Below are positions 1 to 8,249 of a stretch of 64,000 bases of DNA, piece after piece. Position 1 is the first letter of the stretch. Every line of letters begins with the position of its first letter. Origin of the DNA: Deltaproteobacteria bacterium HGW-Deltaproteobacteria-4 (lineage in GTDB: Bacteria; Desulfobacterota; Desulfuromonadia; Desulfuromonadales; UBA2197); NCBI GenBank assembly GCA_002841765.1, contig PHAV01000006.1, positions 77,975-141,974 of the forward strand, given 5' to 3'. The position numbers and the translations under genes are program-made. The notes beneath the pieces are model-generated. The model ran no database searches and was not told where the DNA came from. It saw only the letters and a list, made by a program, of their open reading frames with translations.

Positions 1-1359
1 GCTCTTGACCCCGTGGCAGACGGCACACTGATCATGCGACCCCACCGCGGCGACGGCGCCGTGATTGACCAGGGCACCGCCGAGGGCGGCCACCAACGGC
101 TCGGCGGTCACCCCGTCCGGCGGATAGCCGTGGCAGGCAGTGCAGTCGAGGTTGAAGAGAGTGGTGTCGGCATGACATACCAGGCAGCTCTGCCCCGGCG
201 TGCCCCCGGCCGCATTGACGCCGCCGATGCCATCGAGATTGACGCCATGGCAGAGGGTGCAGGCGTTAGCGATGTTTCCGGACAGATAGTGAAAGACATT
301 GTTGTCCGGGCCGGCCCAGGTTGCTGGATGGGCGTAGAAGGGGGGATGGCAGGTTTCGCAGCCGGTGGCCAGGGTGCCGATGGTAACATTAAAGCGGGGA
401 TTGGAGCCAGGGCCGGAGGTGCCCGGCACGGCATGGCAGTTCTGGCAGGCAACCAGGTCCTGCCTGGCGTCCCGGCCATGCGCCGCTGGCGCCTGGTAAC
501 TGCCGTCGACGGGGTGAGGAGCGGTGAGCGGTCCGCTGCCGTGGCAGATGGTGGTGCTATTGTCCTCGTTGGTATGGTTGGCGGTAAAACAACTTGGAGC
601 GGTGGGGACCGGACCCGTACCAGGTCCGGTGGTCAGATGGCAGAGGGCGCAACTGCGTTCCTGGGTGGTTTCGTCGATCCCGCGGTGACTCGCAGCATAG
701 GCGGGACCCGGGTCGTTCGTCCCCTGCCAGTTGGTTGGATGGGCCGAGGCGGAAGGATGGCAGAGGTTACAGTTACCGCTGGGATTAATCTCGACGCCGA
801 CCGGGTCGGTATAGAGATCGGCGACGAAGCCGCCGTTGAAATTGCTCTCCGGCCGGCCATGGCAATTGCGGCAGACAATCTGATCAGGCTTGGCTGTCGG
901 TCCATGAGCAGTCGGGGCGGTAAAGGGGAGCGCGTGCGGTGCCGGCGGGTTTCCCTGCGGCCCGTGACAAGCGACGTTAAAGCAGCTGGGACCGGTACTC
1001 CCCCCTTCCAGGGTCGGGCCGTGACAAGCCGCGGTGGCGCAGGTGGTCCAGCTGATGGTCTGGGCAAAGGTCTGGTGGTCGGCCACGACGTCAACCCAAC
1101 CTCCCGGATGCACGGAGGTGAAGGGAGGGCCGGAACTGTGACAGTTAAAGCAGTTCACGGCGTTGCCGCTTCCGGAGAATTCGACCCCGTGACAACCTTG
1201 GCAGCTGTTCAGATCGGCGTTGGCGGCTGCTGCGTGTTGAACGAGCCACCCCGCAGGATGGATCTGCCCCGGCAGTGGGGCATCGGTGTTGCGGTCGGAA
1301 CAGCCGCCCGCGATCAACATAAAGATCACTGCAATAAGAGCGTAGATGGAGTTTTTCAT
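1..1359 (-). CDS. Outer-surface multiheme c-type cytochrome lipoprotein (OmcB/ExtC-like); C-terminus runs off the left window edge
   Basis: Not in the ORF track. I checked the minus frame (codons on 1-3, 4-6, ...) triplet by triplet and found no stop from 1359 to 1. ATG at 1359-1357 sits 6 nt after AGGAGG (1371-1366). N-terminus MKNSIYALIAVIFMLIAGGC is a signal peptide plus lipobox. 11 in-frame CxxCH (CQGCH, CFNCH, CRNCH, CNLCH, CALCH, CQNCH, CETCH, CTLCH, CLVCH, CTACH, CAVCH), 2 CX4CH and 1 CX14CH. Confidence 0.85.
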   Translation of the reverse strand, partial: MKNSIYALIAVIFMLIAGGCSDRNTDAPLPGQIHPAGWLVQHAAAANADLNSCQGCHGVEFSGSGNAVNCFNCHSSGPPFTSVHPGGWVDVVADHQTFAQTISWTTCATAACHGPTLEGGSTGPSCFNVACHGPQGNPPAPHALPFTAPTAHGPTAKPDQIVCRNCHGRPESNFNGGFVADLYTDPVGVEINPSGNCNLCHPSASAHPTNWQGTNDPGPAYAASHRGIDETTQERSCALCHLTTGPGTGPVPTAPSCFTANHTNEDNSTTICHGSGPLTAPHPVDGSYQAPAAHGRDARQDLVACQNCHAVPGTSGPGSNPRFNVTIGTLATGCETCHPPFYAHPATWAGPDNNVFHYLSGNIANACTLCHGVNLDGIGGVNAAGGTPGQSCLVCHADTTLFNLDCTACHGYPPDGVTAEPLVAALGGALVNHGAVAAVGSHDQCAVCHGVKS

Positions 1360-1376
1360 CTTTATCCTCCTGGCTG

Positions 1377-1841
1377 TTAACCGTGACAGGGTCTGCAGGT
1401 CTCGGACGCTTTCGGGTTACCGTGACAACGATAGCAGGAGGTCGGATCGAGGCGACCGTCGATCACGTGGCGACTCTGGTAATCACCGCGATGCGGCATC
1501 CCCCGGAAGGTCTCGCTCTGATTCTTCAATGAGGGTTTGAGCTCAATCCCGGTGGCATGGCATTCGTTGCAGAAACTCTGCTGATGACACATGGCGCAGA
1601 CCTGGGCGCTGCGGCTGGCAACGGAGCGGTGGGTGGTAGCAAAGGTCGGAGTGTGATTGAAATCGGCATAGGCGAGCTTGTCGCTGCGTGATTCATGACA
1701 ATCGACACAGATCGGCCGGATGTGGCTCAACCCTACATCGGCCGGGTGCTGAGCGGGGAGATAGTTTGACGAAGAACAGGCATAAAGGACGCCGAGCGTC
1801 GCGACCGTAGTCACCAGGGCGATGAGAAATCGTACAGGCAT
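1377..1841 (-). CDS. Periplasmic pentaheme c-type cytochrome (OmaB/ExtA-like partner of the porin-cytochrome cluster)
   Basis: Five CxxCH (CVDCH, CAMCH, CNECH, CYRCH, CRPCH). I moved the start to the internal Met (MPVRFLIAL..., signal-like) because AAGGAG lies 7 nt upstream. The track start at 1895 would overlap the upstream gene. Confidence 0.75.
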   Translation of the reverse strand: MPVRFLIALVTTVATLGVLYACSSSNYLPAQHPADVGLSHIRPICVDCHESRSDKLAYADFNHTPTFATTHRSVASRSAQVCAMCHQQSFCNECHATGIELKPSLKNQSETFRGMPHRGDYQSRHVIDGRLDPTSCYRCHGNPKASETCRPCHG

Positions 1842-1884
1842 AAGTTTTCTCCTTGAGATGAATGGCGGATAGAGATTTTTGCCC

Positions 1885-3177
1885 TTAGAGGCCAAAGCGA
1901 TAATTCATCACCAGCATGCCGCGAAAATCGCTGTCAAAATTCGGATCAACACTGTAATCACCCGAGAGCTTCAGTTCGAGACGATCCTTGAAGAAACGCT
2001 GACCGGCGCCGAGAGAGGCAAAGAACGAGCTGTCTTTGCCGTAGATTGATTCATCGTAGAGGGCATAAACAAGATCGCCACTGACAAAGGATCCCAGGCG
2101 CTCGTTGGGGCGATCCCAATAAAAGAAGAGACGGCTGAGCAGATAATTGTTCTTCGCCGCATCCCCTTGCATCGTCCCGAGTTCGCCGCCAATCTGCGTC
2201 AACGCTGCTCCGTGCCAAGTGACGAGCCCGGCGTAATAAGTCGCTGTGTCGTCGTTGACATGGTAGGTGAAGTGTTTGACTTTGGCGCCGATATCCCACT
2301 TGGAGGTTTTCCCCCAGAGGATGTCGGTTCCATAGGTGGTCAAACCTTCATTGCTTTGGGTGAGAATGGAGAAGGGGTTGGGGGTGCGGTTGCCATAGGC
2401 GAAGTAGTCGCGATAATCGTATTTTTCAAAGAAGGGGCGGATGGAGAAGTCGCCGAGAGTGACCGGGACTTCATAAAAATGTTCTCCCCAGCCATCGTTC
2501 TCGAGATTGTAACTCGATCGTCCGGAGAGGCTGATCCCCGCGGGGAGTTTGAAGGCGGTGTCGATCCCGAGTTGCTGATTCTGCTTATCGCCGTCGTTAC
2601 TGAGCTGTTGATAAGAAAGGCCGATTGCGTAGCGACTGTTGAGATGGTGGGCGATGCGCCCGCCGTAAATGTAATCACCGCTGCGACCCTGGATTGTGCT
2701 GAAGGCGACCGGGAAGCCGCCGTAGGCCGAGAGGGAGAATTTGTCGCCCAGATTGGTGAAGAGGCTCAAGCCGTCGATGCTGTCGTTGGCAATGCCGGCG
2801 ACGATCTGTTGACGACCGAGGCGCAGGTTGAGGTTGCTGAAGGGGCGGGTGTACTCCAGATAGCCGTAGAGAAGTTCGGCGGTGCTGTTGTCCTCATAGT
2901 AGTCGTTACGAGCGAGGTCGGTTCGTCCCCAGCCGTAGAGGTGCAGCGAGAGCCCCTTGGTGTTGTATTGACCGATATCGGCCTGCAAATATTCATAGAC
3001 CGGGGCGACGCTTTCGTCCTTGTTGGTCAGATTATCGCGTTGAAAGAGGCGGAAGAGGGTGGTCGACTGGATTTCAACTGGCATCGCCGCAGCGGCGACA
3101 GGGGGAAGGATGTGACTGATCAAGATTACGGTTACGCAGATGGAAAGGCTTAAGAGCGTCAGTCGCCAGCGATTCAT
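1885..3177 (-). CDS. Porin-like outer-membrane beta-barrel protein (OmbB/ExtB-like)
   Basis: Start at MNRWRLTLLSLSICVTVILISHILPPVAAAA (signal peptide), preceded by CAGGAGG. Gly/Tyr/Asp-rich with an alternating pattern, C-terminal ...MNYRFGL. Position is immediately upstream of the two cytochromes. Family assignment rests on context. Confidence 0.6.
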   Translation of the reverse strand: MNRWRLTLLSLSICVTVILISHILPPVAAAAMPVEIQSTTLFRLFQRDNLTNKDESVAPVYEYLQADIGQYNTKGLSLHLYGWGRTDLARNDYYEDNSTAELLYGYLEYTRPFSNLNLRLGRQQIVAGIANDSIDGLSLFTNLGDKFSLSAYGGFPVAFSTIQGRSGDYIYGGRIAHHLNSRYAIGLSYQQLSNDGDKQNQQLGIDTAFKLPAGISLSGRSSYNLENDGWGEHFYEVPVTLGDFSIRPFFEKYDYRDYFAYGNRTPNPFSILTQSNEGLTTYGTDILWGKTSKWDIGAKVKHFTYHVNDDTATYYAGLVTWHGAALTQIGGELGTMQGDAAKNNYLLSRLFFYWDRPNERLGSFVSGDLVYALYDESIYGKDSSFFASLGAGQRFFKDRLELKLSGDYSVDPNFDSDFRGMLVMNYRFGL

Positions 3178-3405
3178 AATACCTCCTGAATTGGCAATGG
3201 TAAGGATGACTGCGATTTTTTGTTGACAAGCATACTGTGTTTTAACCACATAATTATGAATATGCAAGAGCGATTAGAATTAAAATAGTTATATTTCTCG
3301 TTAGGCACGGTTTGCGCGCAAAGAATCTTTATTATTTTAGGGAATTGCACCGCCATCAGGTGCGTGGTAGGATTTCAACGAAAAAAAATAAGAGAGGATA
3401 TTGCC

Positions 3406-4536
3406 ATGCAAAGCCAGGTCTTTATGACCGATATGCGCACCGGGAACCGGGAGAATCTCCACGACAAGCTGGAGAGATTGGTTGCCTTGGCCGGCCTTCC
3501 CGGCGTGGTCAGTAAAGGGGATCTCACCGCCATCAAGATTCATTTTGGCGAGCGCGGCGGGCATGCTTATATCCGTCCGACCTTTATCCGTCGCCTTGTC
3601 GACAAGATCAAGGTGGCCGGCGGCAAGCCCTTTCTCACCGATTCCTGCACCCTTTATCCGGGTCAGCGCAAGGAAGCTGTCTCGGCGCTGGTCTGCGGCA
3701 TCGAGAACGGTTTTGACTTTGCCGTCGCCGGCGCGCCGCTGATCCTTTGTGACGGGCTGCGCGGCCACTCGGCGCGGCGGGTGAAGATCCCCGGCGAGAT
3801 TCTGGAGGACGTCGATATCGCTCTCGGCATCCTCGAAGCCGATGCGCTGCTCTGCGTTTCCCACTTCAAATGTCACGAACTGACCGGTTTCGGCGGCGCT
3901 CTCAAAAATCTCGGTATGGGCTGTTCGAGTCGGGAAGGGAAGATGGAGCAGCACTCCAATGTTGCGCCGGAGGTGGCAGAGGCGGTCTGCACCGGCTGCG
4001 CCGCCTGCCTCAAAGCCTGCGCCCATGACGCCATTTTCATCGTCGCGAAGAAGGCAAAGATCGACGAAAAGCGCTGCGTCGGCTGCGGCCGCTGCATCTC
4101 CGTCTGTGAAGAGACGGCGATCCGTGTGCAATGGAATGAAGCGCCAGCTCTGGTCATGCAGAAGATGGCCGAATATGCTTTGGGGGCGACGGAAGGCAAG
4201 AAAGGAAAAACTCTTTATATCAACTTTGTGACTCAGGTCTCGCCGGCCTGTGACTGCTACGGCCATTCCGATTCCCCGATCGTCGCCGATCTCGGTATCC
4301 TCGCCTCCATCGACCCGGTTGCCCTTGATCAGGCCTGCGCCGATCTCGTTCTCGCCGCGCCGGGGCTGCCGAATACGGCGCTGCAGAGCGGTCAGGCACC
4401 GGGCGGCGACAAGTTTCGCGGTGTTCACCCTGATGTCCCCTGGGAAGTGCAGCTCGAGCACGCCGAGAAGATCGGCCTCGGCTCGCGTCGCTATGAGCTG
4501 GTCAACCTCCAGCCGAAGAATCCGAAAGGGTGGTAA
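3406..4536 (+). CDS. DUF362-family protein with an embedded 2x[4Fe-4S] ferredoxin domain
   Basis: Two CxxCxxCxxxC motifs (CTGCAACLKAC, CVGCGRCISVC) and DUF362-like flanks. Start set at MQSQVF behind GAGAGGA. Confidence 0.7.
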   Translation: MQSQVFMTDMRTGNRENLHDKLERLVALAGLPGVVSKGDLTAIKIHFGERGGHAYIRPTFIRRLVDKIKVAGGKPFLTDSCTLYPGQRKEAVSALVCGIENGFDFAVAGAPLILCDGLRGHSARRVKIPGEILEDVDIALGILEADALLCVSHFKCHELTGFGGALKNLGMGCSSREGKMEQHSNVAPEVAEAVCTGCAACLKACAHDAIFIVAKKAKIDEKRCVGCGRCISVCEETAIRVQWNEAPALVMQKMAEYALGATEGKKGKTLYINFVTQVSPACDCYGHSDSPIVADLGILASIDPVALDQACADLVLAAPGLPNTALQSGQAPGGDKFRGVHPDVPWEVQLEHAEKIGLGSRRYELVNLQPKNPKGW

Positions 4537-4553
4537 GAAAAGATAGTTTTCAA

Positions 4554-4599
4554 GAGGAAAGAGCCGGTAATCTTGCGATCGACCGGCTCTTTCCTCTTT
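4554..4599. terminator. Bidirectional intrinsic terminator hairpin between convergent genes
   Basis: GAGGAAAGAGCCGGT / ACCGGCTCTTTCCTC forms a 15-bp stem followed by TTT, located between the DUF362 stop and the ltaE stop. Confidence 0.7.
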
Positions 4600-4607
4600 G
4601 TGGGTTA

Positions 4608-5624
4608 CTACCGCTCGGCAAACCTTTGGCAGGCCTCAACCACGCAAATAATGTCCTCGGCACGAAGATCGAGGTGGGTGACGAAGCGCAGAGCGTCGTA
4701 ACCGCCCACCAGAATTCCCTGCTCCCGCAAATATCCCTTCAGCGCCTCTTCCCGGTTGTTCTCCACCGTCACAAAGACCATATTGCTCTGCACTGTCGCC
4801 AAGTCGATGTGCAAGCCGGGGAGAGGAGCCAACCCCTCGGCGAGGATGCGGGCGAGGGCATGATCGTGGGCGAGGCGGGGAAGGTTATGCTCTAACGCAT
4901 AAAGACCGGCGGCAGCGAGAATGCCGGCCTGGCGCATGCCGCCGCCGACCATCTTGCGCCAGTGGCGCGCTTCACGGATCAAGTCGCGGCCGCCGCAAAG
5001 GAGGGCGCCGACCGGAGCGCCGAGCCCTTTGGAGAGGCAGATCGAAGCGGAATCGACGGTGGCGACCAGCTCGGCCGGGTCGATGCCCAAGGCCACAGCG
5101 GCATTGCCAAGACGGGCGCCGTCGAGGTGGAGAGCGAGACCCTGCTGTCGCGTCAAAGTCTGCATCTGCTGGTGATAGCGCAGCGACAGGACTTTGCCGG
5201 CATGGGTATTCTCCAGACAAAGGAGGCGGGTGCGGGCGTAGTGATCGTTTATCGGCTTGATGGCGCGGAGGATCCGTTCGGCACTAATCGTCCCGTCCGC
5301 CTCCATGGCAAGAGGTTGCGGCGAAATACCGCCAAGGACGGCGCCACCGCCGCCTTCGCAGCGGTAACAATGTGCCTGATCCCCGGCGAGATATTCGTCG
5401 CCACGCCGGCAGTGTGCCAATAGGGCCAAAAGATTCCCCTGCGTGCCGCTGCTGACGAAGAGGGCGCTTTCGCAGCCAAAGCGTTCGCAGGAAAAGGCTT
5501 CGAGGCGGTTGACGGTTGGATCTTCGCCGTAAACATCATCCCCGACCTCAGCGGCGATCATGGCGGCGCGCATTTCCGGCGAGGGACGGGTGACGGTGTC
5601 GCTGCGCAGGTCGATGTTTAGCAT
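4608..5624 (-). CDS. ltaE: Low-specificity L-threonine aldolase
   Basis: N-terminal DLRSDTVTRP...DDVYGEDPTVN signature of the threonine aldolase family; 338 aa. Confidence 0.85.
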   Translation of the reverse strand: MLNIDLRSDTVTRPSPEMRAAMIAAEVGDDVYGEDPTVNRLEAFSCERFGCESALFVSSGTQGNLLALLAHCRRGDEYLAGDQAHCYRCEGGGGAVLGGISPQPLAMEADGTISAERILRAIKPINDHYARTRLLCLENTHAGKVLSLRYHQQMQTLTRQQGLALHLDGARLGNAAVALGIDPAELVATVDSASICLSKGLGAPVGALLCGGRDLIREARHWRKMVGGGMRQAGILAAAGLYALEHNLPRLAHDHALARILAEGLAPLPGLHIDLATVQSNMVFVTVENNREEALKGYLREQGILVGGYDALRFVTHLDLRAEDIICVVEACQRFAER

Positions 5625-5656
5625 TTAAGTAACTCCCAAAATAACCTGAAAAAATA

Positions 5657-5763
5657 GTCGGACACGGATTAACACGGATGAAACGGATAAAAGACAGATA
5701 AATCAGGTTGAATCCCTTTTAAATCCGTCAAATCAGATTTTATCCGTGTGCTGAATGCTTTTG
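5657..5763. repeat. MITE-like ACGGAT-array repeat, copy 1 (shortened centre; one right-hand unit missing)
   Basis: GACACGGATTAACACGGATGAAACGGATAAAAGACAGATAAATCA ... AAATCCGTCAAATCAGATTTTATCCGTGTGCTGAATGC aligns with the copies at 10339 and 37729. Confidence 0.8.
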
Positions 5764-5877
5764 CTGAAAATGATTATTCCTGCCGCAATCGCTTTGCCTC
5801 AAGAGAAAAAAACAGTTATGCTCGGGCGCTCAGGTGAAGATTTTGACTTGAACGGATAAGAAAGGGGAAGAGACCGT

Positions 5878-6978
5878 ATGGCCCGGAAAATTTTTGTCGC
5901 TGCCACCGGAAAAGATTGTGGAAAGACGACCACCAGCCTTTCACTTCTGCACCTCGCCAGTAAAAAATACGGCAAGGGCCGAGTCGGCTTCATGAAGCCC
6001 TTCGGGCCGAAACCCGCCGAGTACCGCGGGGTGATCGTCGATAAGGACGCCGCCCTCACCGCCGAGATCTTCGGTCTGGAGCAGGACCCCACCCTCCTTT
6101 CTCCGGTCGTTGTCGATCGCGCCACCACCCGTGCTTTTCTCGACGGAGAATTCACCGCCGCGTTCCTGCATGAGAAGATCCGCAGTGCCCTGGACGAACT
6201 CGAGCATCAATACGACTTCATTGTTATCGAGGGATCGGGACATGGTGGTGTCGGCTCGATCTTCGATCTCAGCAATGCCGAGGTGGCCAGGATCACCGAT
6301 GCTCCGGTGATGATCGTCACCGGCGGCGGCATCGGCAATGTCGTTGATGCCACCGCTCTCAACATCGCTCTTTTCCGCCAGGCAGGTGTCGAGGTCAAAC
6401 TGGTATTGACCAACAAGGTCGATCCGGCCAAACGGGAGCAGAGCCTGCACTACCTCACCCTCGCCTTTGCCCGCATCGGGGTGCCGGTGCGTATCGGCTT
6501 CGATTATGCACCGCTCCTTGCCAATCCGACCCTGAACCGGGTGGCAAAAGTCCTCGGGGAGACCTTGCGCGCCACCCCGCAGGAAGCGCAGCGGATTATC
6601 CTCCACCAGCAGCTCGGGGCCGCTTCGTCGCAACGGGTCATTGATCTTCTCGAAGATTCAACCCTGCTGATGGTCAACTCTTCTCGTGATGAACTCCTGG
6701 TAACGACTTCGTCCCTTTATCATCTCCCCGAATATAAAAGGAAAATTGCCGGACTCCTCATCGCCGGTCTCAACCCGATTTCGAAAATTACTCAGCAGAT
6801 CATCGATGATTCGGGGGTTCCTTATCTGCGGACGATGATCACCAATTCCGAGACCTTTACCCTCCTGTCCAACGACGTCTCGAAGACGACCGCCGATGAT
6901 AAAGAAAAGATTGAACTGATCTACAGTATGGCCGAGCGTCAGCTCGATTTCGACGCCATCGAAGCACTGGTGGTGTAG
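5878..6978 (+). CDS. BioD-like P-loop + DRTGG-domain protein (Pta N-terminal-domain-like)
   Basis: N-terminus IFVAATGKDCGKTTTSLSL (P-loop). Overall layout resembles the non-catalytic N-terminal half of long phosphotransacetylases. No PTA catalytic domain present. Confidence 0.6.
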   Translation: MARKIFVAATGKDCGKTTTSLSLLHLASKKYGKGRVGFMKPFGPKPAEYRGVIVDKDAALTAEIFGLEQDPTLLSPVVVDRATTRAFLDGEFTAAFLHEKIRSALDELEHQYDFIVIEGSGHGGVGSIFDLSNAEVARITDAPVMIVTGGGIGNVVDATALNIALFRQAGVEVKLVLTNKVDPAKREQSLHYLTLAFARIGVPVRIGFDYAPLLANPTLNRVAKVLGETLRATPQEAQRIILHQQLGAASSQRVIDLLEDSTLLMVNSSRDELLVTTSSLYHLPEYKRKIAGLLIAGLNPISKITQQIIDDSGVPYLRTMITNSETFTLLSNDVSKTTADDKEKIELIYSMAERQLDFDAIEALVV

Positions 6979-7026
6979 GGGCGACCCGGTGGGTCGGCCT
7001 GGGCGAGGCACCGCCTCGCCCCTACG
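6975..7026. repeat. REP-type hairpin (GTAGGGGCGACCC... family)
   Basis: GTAGGGGCGACCCGGTGGGTCGGCCTGGGCGAGGCACCGCCTCGCCCCTAC. Same core as at 13771, 13814, 31844 and 58160. Confidence 0.8.
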
Positions 7027-7035
7027 GTAATCGTG

Positions 7036-7830
7036 TTATTTTCCGTACTTTTCCAACACGCCCGGAATCTCTTTTTTGATCCGGGCGATGCGGGTGGCAT
7101 CGGATGGGTGTGTACTGAGGAATTCCGGGGGCGCTTGCCCCCCTTTTTGCGCCGCCATCCGTTCCCAGAAGCTGATGGCGGCATGCGGATCATAGCCGGC
7201 CATGGTCATGAAGACCAAGCCGAGCTGGTCGGCTTCATTCTCCTGCAATCGACCGTAAGGGAGGAGCGCTCCGTACTGGGTGCCAACGCCGTAGACCGAC
7301 ATCCAGAGCTGTCGAGTTGCTGCCGACTTCGTCGACATCGCGGTCGAGAGTGCGATCCCCCCCATCTGAGAAATCAGTCCTTGACTCATCCGCTCATTGC
7401 CATGTTCAGCAATAGCGTGGGCGATTTCGTGGGCAAGGACGACCGCCAGTCCGGCATCATCGCGGGTCACCGGCAGGATGCCGGTGTAGACGACCACCTT
7501 ACCGCCGGGCATGCACCAGGCATTGACCTGCGGATCTTCGACCAGGTTGAACTCCCATTGGTAATCAGCGAGATGGCTTTCCAGGCCGATGTCGGCAAAA
7601 TAGCGTTCGACCGCCTGCTGGATCTTCGTCCCGACCCGCTTGACCGTCGTTGTCTGCTCCGGGTTGGCGCTGACCTTGTTCTCCTTGATGAAGGTACCGT
7701 ATTCCTGGGCGCTCATGGCGAGCATGGAGGAACCGGGGATGAGGTTGAGCTGGGAACGGCCGGTAATCGGCACGGTTGAGCAGGCGGTAAGGAGGAGCAG
7801 CGTCAGAGTGAGAGTAATGAGTCGGCACAT
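7036..7830 (-). CDS. M48-family Zn-metallopeptidase lipoprotein
   Basis: HEIAHAIAEH zinc motif and lipobox LLLLTAC. Start moved to MCRLITL behind GAGGAG. Confidence 0.8.
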   Translation of the reverse strand: MCRLITLTLTLLLLTACSTVPITGRSQLNLIPGSSMLAMSAQEYGTFIKENKVSANPEQTTTVKRVGTKIQQAVERYFADIGLESHLADYQWEFNLVEDPQVNAWCMPGGKVVVYTGILPVTRDDAGLAVVLAHEIAHAIAEHGNERMSQGLISQMGGIALSTAMSTKSAATRQLWMSVYGVGTQYGALLPYGRLQENEADQLGLVFMTMAGYDPHAAISFWERMAAQKGGQAPPEFLSTHPSDATRIARIKKEIPGVLEKYGK

Positions 7831-7954
7831 AAAAATCTCCTCAAATGGATAGACTGGGTTAGCGTAGCGTAACCCGAAGTTTTTTGGCAAGTGTAGCATA
7901 TTTTTCTTTGACTTTTATCCTGCTGACAATTACAACTGCCGCACAATCGATGAC

Positions 7955-8125
7955 CAAGCGGTCTGGTGCCGTACCCTTGCCGGTACGGATAATAGGGAAG
8001 CGGGTGCAAATCCCGCGCTGTCCCGCAACTGTCAGGGTGGACTGATCTCGCATAATCCCACTGGGGAAACCTGGGAAGGGGCGAGTGAGGGTTGATCCCC
8101 AAGCCAGGAAACCTGCCAAGCCGAC
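7955..8125 (+). promoter_or_regulatory. Cobalamin (B12) riboswitch
   Basis: GGTGCC ... AATAGGGAAGCGGGTGCAAATCCCGCGCTGTCCCGCAACTGT ... CCCACTGGGGAAACCTGGGAAGG ... AGCCAGGAAACCTGCC matches the conserved cobalamin-riboswitch core and B12-box blocks. Confidence 0.85.
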
Positions 8126-8190
8126 GCTGTTTTGGAACCTCCGTGGAAAGAGGGGCCGGAAGCGGAGGTCTATGCGCACCCTCGATTTCG

Positions 8191-8223
8191 AGCCCTATTC
8201 CGCCTGCGGAGTGGGGCTTTTTC
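8191..8223 (+). terminator. Putative expression-platform terminator of the B12 riboswitch
   Basis: AGCCCTATTCCGCCTGCGGAGTGGGGCT followed by TTTTT, 27 nt upstream of the ThiC-family start codon. Confidence 0.5.
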
Positions 8224-8249
8224 ATTACTGAATCATCTAAACCCAGGAG

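Noticed and set aside
13-1380. 455-aa plus-strand ORF, the longest track entry at the left edge
   Set aside because: Gly/Ala/Arg-rich nonsense-like sequence with a GTG start and no RBS. It is the same-phase mirror of the minus-strand multiheme cytochrome gene. All CxxCH motifs, the lipobox and the RBS are on the minus strand.
3301-3316. Sigma54-like sequence TTAGGCACGGTTTGCG upstream of the DUF362 gene
   Set aside because: The GG-to-GC spacing is 10 nt instead of the 12 nt of TGGCAC-N5-TTGC, so it does not fit a -24/-12 promoter.
3337-4461. 374-aa minus-strand ORF antisense to the DUF362/ferredoxin gene
   Set aside because: Arg/Gly/Ala-rich shadow ORF typical of high-GC DNA. It has no motifs, and the plus-strand gene has clear Fe-S motifs and an RBS.
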